Shown: positions 51,460-59,053 of the stretch, one piece after another
How the letters are laid out: each line of letters begins with the position of its first letter
How positions within the stretch are numbered: position 1 is the first letter of the stretch
DNA from: an uncultured Opitutia bacterium
Lineage (GTDB): Bacteria; Verrucomicrobiota; Verrucomicrobiia; Opitutales; Opitutaceae
Assembly (NCBI GenBank): GCA_903902745.1
Contig: CAIUWA010000016.1
Coordinates: forward strand, 208,024 to 272,023
Length of the DNA stretch: 64,000 bases
Direction of reading: 5' to 3'
Translations under genes and position numbers: made by a program
Notes under the pieces: model-generated
Seen by the model: only the letters and a program-made list of their open reading frames with translations
Database searches by the model: none
What the model was told of the DNA's origin: nothing

Positions 51460-52366
51460 GCAGATCGTGCAGCGCCGCCGCCAGCTCGGCATGCCGGAAC
51501 TGAAACCCCTGCTCCAGAAAACGCCGGGGCACGCAGCGGCGGCCGGTCAGCGCGAGGTCGGCATCGGTGCGCATGATCCAGTGCGCGCCGAAACGCACCG
51601 CCCATTCCGGCGCCGGCGGGCTCCACGGCCGGCCCACGGCGTGGCGCAGTTCGCGCATGAACTCGGCGTTGGTCACGGGGGCCGGCCCGGTCGCGTTGTA
51701 GGCGCCCATGATTTCCGGGCGCTCCATGGCTTGGATGAACATCTCATTGAGATCGGCGACATGCAGCCAGCTGAGGTATTGCCGTCCATGGCCCACGGTG
51801 CCGCCGAGGAAGCACCGGGCGAGTTTCGCGAGCGGCTGGAGTGCACCGCCGCCGCGGCCCAACGCAAGGCCCACGCGCAGCAACACACGGCGGGTTTGCG
51901 GCGTGCGGCCGCTGGCGAACGCTGCCTCCCACTGCTCGCAGACATCCGCGGAAAAATCCCGGGCGTGTGGCGCCTGCTCGTCGCACACGCGGTCGCCGGC
52001 ATCACCGTAGATCGCGAGCGAGCCTGCCTGCACGAGCGCGAGCGGCGGCTGGGCGCACCGGCTGATGGCCTCGTTGAGGACCCGGACGGAGTTGAGGCGC
52101 GAGGCGAGGATCTCGCGCCGGTTTTCCGGCGAGTGGATGCAGTTCACGCTGCGCCCGGTCAGATTCACCACGGCCGCGGCTCCCTCCAGCGACCGGGCCC
52201 ACTCGCCCGCCGTCGCACCGTCCCACTCCAGGTATTCGATCCCGCCGCTGGCGGCCCGCGGCGTGCGCGTGAGGATGGTCACGGTGTAATCCCGGCGCAC
52301 GAGCGCTACGGCGAGCGCCTGCCCGAGAAATCCGCTGCCGCCGGCAAGCACCGCGTGTTTGGCCAT
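51446..52366 (-). CDS. TIGR01777/YfcH-type epimerase-family protein (SDR39U1-like)
   Basis: VLAGGSGFLGQAL Rossmann motif and a DUF1731-like C-terminus. Confidence 0.85.
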   Translation of the reverse strand: MAKHAVLAGGSGFLGQALAVALVRRDYTVTILTRTPRAASGGIEYLEWDGATAGEWARSLEGAAAVVNLTGRSVNCIHSPENRREILASRLNSVRVLNEAISRCAQPPLALVQAGSLAIYGDAGDRVCDEQAPHARDFSADVCEQWEAAFASGRTPQTRRVLLRVGLALGRGGGALQPLAKLARCFLGGTVGHGRQYLSWLHVADLNEMFIQAMERPEIMGAYNATGPAPVTNAEFMRELRHAVGRPWSPPAPEWAVRFGAHWIMRTDADLALTGRRCVPRRFLEQGFQFRHAELAAALHDLLSRS

Positions 52367-52447
52367 GATGATCCATTATCTCCGCCGACGGGCGCGGGGC
52401 AAACCTCGACATGGGAAACATTCCCCGTTTCTTCAGCGCGGAGCCGC

Positions 52448-53551
52448 ATGTCGCACCCTCGCCTCAATCTTTACGACCTCACGCGCGAAGCCCTGCGCGA
52501 GCAGTTCCGGCGGTGGGGCTTCAGCCCGCTGCACGCGGACCGGCTGTGGGCGTATCTCTATCTCGAGTTGGCGGATTCGTGCGACGCCATGCCGAAGCTG
52601 CCGGCGAAGGTGAAGGCGCGGCTCAGGGCGGAGACCCGGTTTGGCCTGCTGGCCACAGCGCGGGAAACCGATTCGAGCGACGGCTTCACCCGCAAATACC
52701 TGCTGGCCCTCGCGGATGGAGAGAAAATCGAAACCGTGCTGATGCGCTACACCGGCCGGGTGACCGCCTGTGTGAGCAGCCAGGTCGGCTGCGCCATGGG
52801 CTGCGTTTTTTGTGCCACCGGCCAGATGGGCTACACCCGCCACCTCACGCCCGGCGAAATCGTGGCCCAGGCCATGCACGTCGCGCGCGCGCTGAAATTT
52901 CAAATTCCCATTCTCAAATCCCAAGCAAACCCGGAGGCATTTCACGCATTACGTGAAATGCCTCCCCGGCTGCGGAACATCGTGCTGATGGGGATGGGGG
53001 AGCCGCTGCACAATTACGACGCGGTGATGCAGGCGGTCGATATCCTGCGCGATTCCAACGGTCTCGCCCTGAGTGCGGAGCGAATCACGCTGAGCACGGT
53101 CGGAGTTGTCCCGGGCATCCTGCGGCTGGCGGCGGAGAAAAGGTCGGTGGGCCTCGCGGTGTCGTTGCACGCCGCCACGCAGGCGGAGCGGGTGGCGCTG
53201 GTGCCGGCGGCGAAGAAATGGCCGCTCGACGAACTGATGGCGGCCTGCCGGACCTACAGCACCACCACGGGGCGCCGGATCTTTTATGAATGGACGCTGA
53301 TCGAGGGGAAAAACGATGCGCCCGAACAGGCCCGCGCCGTGGGGCGGCTGCTGGAGGGGCTGCCCGCGCAGGTGAACCTCATCCCGCTCAACCCGACCCC
53401 GGGCTATGCGGGCGAACCGACCCGCAGCGAGGCGGCGAAAAAATTCCAGAAAATCCTGGCCGAGGAATTCAAGCTGCCGAGCACCGTGCGCCAGCGCCGC
53501 GGCATCGACATCGCCGCGGGTTGCGGGCAACTGGCGGTGGGGGAGACTTAA
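52448..53551 (+). CDS. rlmN: 23S rRNA/tRNA (adenine-C2)-methyltransferase RlmN
   Basis: Radical-SAM cluster GCAMGCVFCATG, plus MGMGEPLHNY, and DIAAGCGQL near the C-terminus. Start at ATG 52448; the upstream part of ORF 51467-53551 is an antisense shadow. Confidence 0.93.
   Translation: MSHPRLNLYDLTREALREQFRRWGFSPLHADRLWAYLYLELADSCDAMPKLPAKVKARLRAETRFGLLATARETDSSDGFTRKYLLALADGEKIETVLMRYTGRVTACVSSQVGCAMGCVFCATGQMGYTRHLTPGEIVAQAMHVARALKFQIPILKSQANPEAFHALREMPPRLRNIVLMGMGEPLHNYDAVMQAVDILRDSNGLALSAERITLSTVGVVPGILRLAAEKRSVGLAVSLHAATQAERVALVPAAKKWPLDELMAACRTYSTTTGRRIFYEWTLIEGKNDAPEQARAVGRLLEGLPAQVNLIPLNPTPGYAGEPTRSEAAKKFQKILAEEFKLPSTVRQRRGIDIAAGCGQLAVGET
52895..52972 (+). repeat. in-frame low-GC palindromic insert within rlmN
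   Basis: 78 nt (26 codons, KFQIPILKSQANPEAFHALREMPPRL). Positions 52895-52930 are about 33% GC. A perfect 14-bp inverted repeat occupies 52933-52946 / 52952-52965. GCTG direct repeats lie at both edges. Confidence 0.6.
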
Positions 53552-53554
53552 AAA

Positions 53555-53637
53555 TTGTAGCGGCGGTCTACTTGTCCGCCTTAGCTTCAGCGACGGCGGA
53601 TGGCCGCCGCCTCGGCGCTCATAGAGCGCCGCTACAA
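53555..53637. repeat. REPIN-like inverted doublet (TTGTAGCGGCG units)
   Basis: TTGTAGCGGCGGTCTACTTGTCCGCC (53555-53580) is matched by the reverse complement of 53614-53637, TTGTAGCGGCGCTCTATGAGCGCC. The right unit contains the perfect hairpin GGCGCTC-ata-GAGCGCC. Confidence 0.7.
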
Positions 53638-53650
53638 CATGCAGGATGAA

Positions 53651-55024
53651 CTACAGGCCGAGTGTCTGCCGCGCCTGGTCGACCAGCGGGAGGGAGGACA
53701 ACCTCACGCTTGGCAGCACCAGCTCGAAGCCGAGCCGGGCGGCGCGAGCGCGGAGCGTGAGCCAGGCCAGCGAGGCGGCCGGACGGATCATGACCTGCGG
53801 CGCCACGCGCTCCAGCACGGGGGCCAGCGGGGCCAGTTGGGCCGGGGCCAACAGCTGCTTGTCGGCGAGGAAAAGCGAAAGGGACGCCCCGAGCATCTCG
53901 ACCCAGGCGGCCGGCTCGGAAGTCGGGACATAGGCGAGCCCGGATTTCTCCGGCGACCATTCCATGAACTGGCCGACTTGCTCCTGCAGCTTGGCGAGCT
54001 CCGCGTCGGCCGTCGCCGGGGTCCAGCGCGCGGTGAAGGTTTTGCGTTCGCGGAACTTCTTCACTTCGAACACCCGCAGCAGGAGTTCGAAGTCGCCGGC
54101 GGACTGCTGCAGCGTGCCGGTGAAGATGTAGTCGAGCCCGCCGGTCGACGAGTCGACGAGCTGCTGGAGGTTGCTGGTCGTCCACTCGGCGCTGAAAATG
54201 ACGTACGATTTGCCGCCGGCCGGATCATCCATGACGCCGGTGGCGGCGACCGGGGCGTAGTGCGGGCAGAAATAAAATTTCTCGGCGAGCCAAAGGGGGA
54301 TGCCGCGGGACAGGCGGGCGAGATCATCCTCGGGCTTTTTCCCGGCCGCGCCGGGATCGCGGTAGGCCCCGGGCAGGGCGAGCTGGGCAAACGCCACGCG
54401 GCGCAGCTTGCCCTCCTTGGGCGGCAGCACCTCGGCGGCCAGCGGCTCGAGGCCGTAGAACCAGATTGGCTTGCTGATGCTGACCATGGAAACCTTCGCC
54501 ACTTCCACCATCAGGCCGCCGCCCAGCGAATCCGAAGGAACCGATGATGGCGCCGCCATGAGGTCGGCGATGGCATTGGAAAAACCATACAGGCGCTCCT
54601 CGAGCTCCGGCCGCTGCAGGTCAAAGAGGATGTCGAGCACGTGCTGCGCGGCGCCGGCCTGGCGCAGGGCGAGGTAGGCCTGCAGAAGGTTGAGCCCGGT
54701 GGCCGGGCCGTGCCGCGCGGCATCGTAACGCGGGGCGACCAGCTCGACGATCGGCTGCAGGTGGCCGCTCGAGCCGAGATCGCCGGAGATGGTCACGAGC
54801 ACATCGGCGCGGTCGCCGGCCACGGCGAGCACTTCCTCGTAGATCACCAGCGCCGCCGGCAGATCCTTCGCCTCAAGCTTTTCACGCGCGGCCGTCAGGC
54901 GCGGCATGACTCCGCCGGCGGCGGGCGTGGGCGTTGGGACGGTTTGCGGCGCGGGTGAAGGATTCGCTTCCGGTGCCGTGGCCGGCTCCGGCTTCTTTCC
55001 AGTGAGTCGGTCAAGAAAGCCCAT
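53651..55024 (-). CDS. hypothetical protein (457 aa), no recognised domain
   Basis: Long ORF with coding-like composition. It has a Pro/Ala-rich N-terminal linker followed by a helical-repeat-like region. No motif I can name. Confidence 0.7.
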   Translation of the reverse strand: MGFLDRLTGKKPEPATAPEANPSPAPQTVPTPTPAAGGVMPRLTAAREKLEAKDLPAALVIYEEVLAVAGDRADVLVTISGDLGSSGHLQPIVELVAPRYDAARHGPATGLNLLQAYLALRQAGAAQHVLDILFDLQRPELEERLYGFSNAIADLMAAPSSVPSDSLGGGLMVEVAKVSMVSISKPIWFYGLEPLAAEVLPPKEGKLRRVAFAQLALPGAYRDPGAAGKKPEDDLARLSRGIPLWLAEKFYFCPHYAPVAATGVMDDPAGGKSYVIFSAEWTTSNLQQLVDSSTGGLDYIFTGTLQQSAGDFELLLRVFEVKKFRERKTFTARWTPATADAELAKLQEQVGQFMEWSPEKSGLAYVPTSEPAAWVEMLGASLSLFLADKQLLAPAQLAPLAPVLERVAPQVMIRPAASLAWLTLRARAARLGFELVLPSVRLSSLPLVDQARQTLGL

Positions 55025-55127
55025 GCCACGAACAAAGCGGCGGACCCCATGGTGGCGAAACTATATTTATCGGTGGAGATTCAGCCTAAGGACATTCCTC
55101 GGAGAGGCGGCTCAAAGGATTGAAACC

Positions 55128-55198
55128 GTGGGAGGGGCTTTACGCCCCGACTGAATCCCAGTCGTTCACTCGGAGTCGGGGCGTAAAGCCCCTCCCAC
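55128..55198. repeat. REPIN-like perfect 25-bp inverted repeat
   Basis: GTGGGAGGGGCTTTACGCCCCGACT (55128-55152) and AGTCGGGGCGTAAAGCCCCTCCCAC (55174-55198) are separated by a 21-nt spacer. Each unit holds its own GGGGC/GCCCC mini-hairpin. Confidence 0.85.
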
Positions 55199-55201
55199 CG
55201 T

Positions 55202-56134
55202 TCAAAGGCGGGGCGGAGGGAGTTTTTCCGGCGTCACCCCGGTGCGGGTGGCGACGAGCGCGCAGACTTTGGGGACATACATCCGGGTCTCGGCGGGGAG
55301 GCCAGGAGCCACCCCGGCGAAATCACTGGCACCCCGCGAGGTGAGTGTGCGGCTCAAGCGACCTTCGCCGGCATTATAGGCGGCCAAGGCCAGTGGCCAG
55401 CTGCCGAACCTGGCATACAGCTGGTGGAGATAACGCGCGGCGGCACGGGCGGATTTTTCCGGATTCGTGCGTTCGTCGGGCAACGTCGTCGACAGGCCAA
55501 GGGCGCGGGCGGTGTCGGGCATGAACTGGAACAAGCCCCGCGCCCCGGCGGGACTGCGCGCGGCGGCGTTGAAGGTCGATTCCGCCTCGGCGAGCCACGC
55601 GAGCTCGGGCGGCACGCCTTCGGCGGCAAACGCCGCGCGCAGCCGTGGCATCAGCGCCGCCGCGCCGGACGGCACCGGCCGATTGCGCACGCGGGCGAGC
55701 CAGAGGTCGTAGTGGGGAATCGCCGGCTGCGAGTTACGGAGGAGGGGCTGGTCCGGGAGGAGCGGCTTGGGCGGCGCGGCGGCCTCCCGGGCGCCTTGCA
55801 TCTCATCGATACGCTGCTCCAGCCAGTCGGCGTAGTCCTCGTAACCCGGCAAGGCGCGCAGCGCGGTCAGTGCGGCGCGGGCCTCAGGCTCATAGGCCGC
55901 AAGTTCCTCGAGCGAATTGTTGTCCAGCGCCTGCTGCAGTCGCGCGGCAAACGTGTCCCACTGCTCCTTCGAGGGAAAATCAAACTGCGCCTTGATCTCC
56001 GGCGGGGCCAATTGCTCGAAGAGCTGCTGGCCGAGCTTGAAAAGGTCATCGGTGTCAGGCGGGGGCGGGGCAGTCGCCTCCGCGGCCGCCGCGAGGGAGC
56101 AGCCCACCAGTCCAATGATCCATCGCGCACGCAT
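55202..56134 (-). CDS. lytic transglycosylase (SLT domain) with signal peptide
   Basis: Signal-like N-terminus, the catalytic AEAESTFN glutamate, and GLFQFMPDTA and AYNAGEGRL motifs. Confidence 0.85.
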   Translation of the reverse strand: MRARWIIGLVGCSLAAAAEATAPPPPDTDDLFKLGQQLFEQLAPPEIKAQFDFPSKEQWDTFAARLQQALDNNSLEELAAYEPEARAALTALRALPGYEDYADWLEQRIDEMQGAREAAAPPKPLLPDQPLLRNSQPAIPHYDLWLARVRNRPVPSGAAALMPRLRAAFAAEGVPPELAWLAEAESTFNAAARSPAGARGLFQFMPDTARALGLSTTLPDERTNPEKSARAAARYLHQLYARFGSWPLALAAYNAGEGRLSRTLTSRGASDFAGVAPGLPAETRMYVPKVCALVATRTGVTPEKLPPPRL

Positions 56135-56198
56135 GACCCCGGAAAATTATCCGGGTGGACGCCGATGCGCGAGCCTTGTCGGGCCTGGACCATCAGAT

Positions 56199-56322
56199 GT
56201 TTCGCGCAGAGGCGCAGTGGCGCAGTGAAAAGCCAACGGAATACAGGACAGGGAGAGAGCAGAAGCCGCGAAGCCCGGAAATTTCCCTGCCCGGCCCCGC
56301 GCCTTCGCGCCTCTGCGCGAGA
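56199..56322. repeat. CGCAGAGG-word palindromic element (copy E)
   Basis: Left arm is TTTCGCGCAGAGGCGCAGTGGCGCAGTG and right arm is CCCCGCGCCTTCGCGCCTCTGCGCGAGA. The outer 14 bp TCGCGCAGAGGCGC are perfect. It shares a 25-nt identical left end with 63441-63465. Confidence 0.8.
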
Positions 56323-56418
56323 CTGGTTTGAAGTGGGTCGCCGTAAACGCGCCTATGCTCCGGCCGCGATCCGCGTTGACCCTTTCGTCCCAGCGGGTAG
56401 CTAGAACCCTCCCCGAGA

Positions 56419-57873
56419 ATGAACCGTGTCTTTATCAAGACCTATGGTTGCCAGATGAACGAGCGCGACAGCGAAGCGGTCGCGGCGATGTTGCGCGCTC
56501 GGGGCTACCGGATCGTGGCCGACGAGAACGACTGCGACATCCTGCTGCTCAACACCTGCAGCGTGCGCGACGCCGCCGAACAGAAGGCCATCGGCAAGGC
56601 CGGCTACGTGCAGCAGCGGAAAAAGAAGCAGCCCGACTTCATCCTGGGCATCCTCGGCTGCATGGCGCAGAACCGCGGCGCGGAGCTGCTCGACCGGCTG
56701 CCTGACGTCGACCTGATCGTCGGCACCCAGAAATTTCACCAGGTCCCCGGCTATCTCGACAATCTCCGTGCGGCGCGCGCGGCCGGCGTGCCGTTACCCG
56801 AGGCCATCGTGGATATCGCCGAGGAGGCCGGTTCACAAAATACGATCCGTGACCATCTCCTGGCTCAGGACTTTGCCCCGGCGGGCGAGAGCGGCGAGGA
56901 AGTGGCGCCGCAGGTCAGTGCGTTCGTCTCGATCCAGCAGGGCTGCAACATGGACTGCGCCTTCTGCATCGTGCCAAAGACGCGCGGTGACGAGCGCTCC
57001 CGGCCGATGGACGAGATCGTGGCCGAGTGCCGCGCGCTGGCAGAGCGCGGGGTGCGGGAGATCACGCTGCTCGGCCAGATCGTCACGAGTTACGGCCGCC
57101 GCGACTACATTCACACGGACGGTGTGTCGCCCTTCGTGCAACTGCTCGACCGCGTGCACGCGATTGAGGGCATCGAGCGCATCCGCTTCACCTCGCCGCA
57201 TCCGCGCGGCTTCAAGGAGGACCTGGTCGCGGCCTACGGCCGGCTGCCGAAACTGTGCGGCTATGTGCACCTGCCGATGCAGTCGGGCAGCAACCGCATC
57301 CTCCGAGCGATGAACCGCCCCTACACCCGCGAGCGCTACCGCGAGATCGTCGACGCGCTGCGCGCCGTGCGGCCCGACATGTATTTCTCGACGGACGTCA
57401 TTGTCGGCTTCCCTGGTGAAACCGAGGAGGATTTCCAGCAGACGCGGGAATTGTTCGAGGCCGTGAACTACGACATGGCCTATGTTTTCAAGTATTCGAT
57501 CCGCACCGGCACACCGGCCGCGACCCTGCCGGACCAGGTGCCGGAGGAAGTGAAGGAGGCCCGCAACCAGACACTGCTCGGTCTGCTCGAAAAAAATTCC
57601 ATTCGGCGCAACGCAACCCTGCTCGGCACGGTGGAAGAGGTGCTCGTGGACGGACCCGACAAGACGGGGCGCCGCTTTACGGGCCGCACCCGGGGCAACC
57701 GGGTCGCGATCTTTGACGCCAATCCTCGGCTCATCGGCCAGCTTGTGCCGTTGAAAATCGACCGCACCACGGTGAGCACGCTGTACGGTGAACTGGTGCT
57801 TGCCGGAGTAGAAGGCCCAGGGTGGAGGGTCCAGCGCCAGACTCCTCTTTCAGCTTCCGTCTCTCGACTCTAG
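56419..57873 (+). CDS. miaB: tRNA-2-methylthio-N6-dimethylallyladenosine synthase
   Basis: UPF0004 N-terminal Cys (TYGCQMN, NTCSVR), radical-SAM cluster GCNMDCAFCIVP and a TRAM C-terminus. Confidence 0.95.
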   Translation: MNRVFIKTYGCQMNERDSEAVAAMLRARGYRIVADENDCDILLLNTCSVRDAAEQKAIGKAGYVQQRKKKQPDFILGILGCMAQNRGAELLDRLPDVDLIVGTQKFHQVPGYLDNLRAARAAGVPLPEAIVDIAEEAGSQNTIRDHLLAQDFAPAGESGEEVAPQVSAFVSIQQGCNMDCAFCIVPKTRGDERSRPMDEIVAECRALAERGVREITLLGQIVTSYGRRDYIHTDGVSPFVQLLDRVHAIEGIERIRFTSPHPRGFKEDLVAAYGRLPKLCGYVHLPMQSGSNRILRAMNRPYTRERYREIVDALRAVRPDMYFSTDVIVGFPGETEEDFQQTRELFEAVNYDMAYVFKYSIRTGTPAATLPDQVPEEVKEARNQTLLGLLEKNSIRRNATLLGTVEEVLVDGPDKTGRRFTGRTRGNRVAIFDANPRLIGQLVPLKIDRTTVSTLYGELVLAGVEGPGWRVQRQTPLSASVSRL

Positions 57874-57895
57874 GCTCTCAACTCTCGACTTCTGC
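57841..57895. repeat. pyrimidine-rich word tract with CTCTCGACT direct repeat
   Basis: CTCTCGACT occurs at 57861-57869 and 57882-57890. The tract spans the miaB 3' tail and stop, and ends 1 nt before ATG 57897. Confidence 0.4.
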
Positions 57896-57896
57896 C

Positions 57897-58436
57897 ATGT
57901 CCCTGACTCTTGCCACCCTGATTCCCGGTTTGCTGTTCATCGTCCTCGGCGGGGCGCTGCTGGCCAACAACTCCGGCGTGATCTCCCTGTTCAAGGGGCT
58001 GCCGCGTTCCACCGGGGCGACGTATGTCTTCTTCGGCGCGGGAGCGGCGGCCTTCCTCTATCAGGTCTGGCACCTGTCCCCGGCGGATTTCGGCGATCAT
58101 CGCGGGCTGCTGTTTGCGGGTTTCGCGACCATTGCGGTGCTGTCGTTTTATTGTGTGCCCGATTTTCTCGCCGTGCGCGGACTGTGCGTGCTGGTGCTGG
58201 TCGGGGCCTCGCCGCTGCTTACCGCCGCCTACATGGAATACGACCACCCGCAGCGGCTTTTCATGGTCACGCCCGTCTTCCTCGCCTTGGGACTGGCCAT
58301 CTGGCTCGGGGCGCAGCCGTGGCGCCTGCGCGACTTTTTTGAGTGGCTGTTCCGCCCGGGCGGCCGCGCCCGTGCGGTGGGTGGCGCGGTCCTCGCCTAC
58401 GGCCTGTTGCTCGCGGTGGTGGCGTTCACCTATTGA
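57897..58436 (+). CDS. hypothetical integral membrane protein (about 5 TM)
   Basis: 179 aa from ATG 57897 (MSLTLATLIPGLLFIVLGG...), strongly hydrophobic. Confidence 0.65.
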   Translation: MSLTLATLIPGLLFIVLGGALLANNSGVISLFKGLPRSTGATYVFFGAGAAAFLYQVWHLSPADFGDHRGLLFAGFATIAVLSFYCVPDFLAVRGLCVLVLVGASPLLTAAYMEYDHPQRLFMVTPVFLALGLAIWLGAQPWRLRDFFEWLFRPGGRARAVGGAVLAYGLLLAVVAFTY

Positions 58437-58441
58437 AAACC

Positions 58442-59044
58442 ATGCCGCCCGCCCCCGTCCTTCTCGTCATCGCCGGGCCGGCGGGGTCGGGGAAGAGCAC
58501 GCTGTGCGACCGCCTGGTGGCCGAGTCGCCTGAATTCCACCGGGTCGTCACCACCACCACGCGGGCGCCGCGCACCGGCGAGACCGACGGCGTGCACTAC
58601 CATTTTTTCACGCCGGCCCAATTTGACGCCCGGGTCGCCGCCGGTGAATTCCTCGAGTGGGCCTGGGTGCATGGCGACCGACGCTACGGCACGCTGGCGT
58701 CGAGTGTGCTCGAACCCCTGGCCGGCGGGCAGAATGTGGTGATGAGCATCGACGTGCAGGGCGTGGCCAGCCTGCGCCGCTTGGCGGTGGCGAACCCGCT
58801 CCTGCAGCGGAGCCTGAGCACGATCTTCATCCTGGTGGACTATGAACGCCTGTTTGCGCGCATGCGCGCCCGCGGCAAGGACGACGAGGCGGAGATCGCC
58901 CGCCGCATGGCCACGGCCGAGGCGGAGCTGCGCGAGGCGGCCAAGTTCGATTTCATCATCGAGAGCCGCACGCGCGACGAGGATTTTGCGGCGCTGCTGA
59001 AGATCGTGGGGCAGGCCAAGGCCCGGGCGGCGCGCCCAATCTAG
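58442..59044 (+). CDS. gmk: guanylate kinase
   Basis: P-loop AGPAGSGKSTL, TTRAPRTGETDGVHYHF, and EWAWVHGDRYGT. Confidence 0.93.
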   Translation: MPPAPVLLVIAGPAGSGKSTLCDRLVAESPEFHRVVTTTTRAPRTGETDGVHYHFFTPAQFDARVAAGEFLEWAWVHGDRRYGTLASSVLEPLAGGQNVVMSIDVQGVASLRRLAVANPLLQRSLSTIFILVDYERLFARMRARGKDDEAEIARRMATAEAELREAAKFDFIIESRTRDEDFAALLKIVGQAKARAARPI

Positions 59045-59053
59045 GCGCGGACC

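Noticed and set aside
51467-52447. N-terminal half of ORF 51467-53551 (and similarly 62888-63520 of ORF 62159-63520)
   Set aside because: These are upstream extensions running antisense through neighbouring real genes. The recognisable RlmN and SIS sequences begin at internal ATGs.
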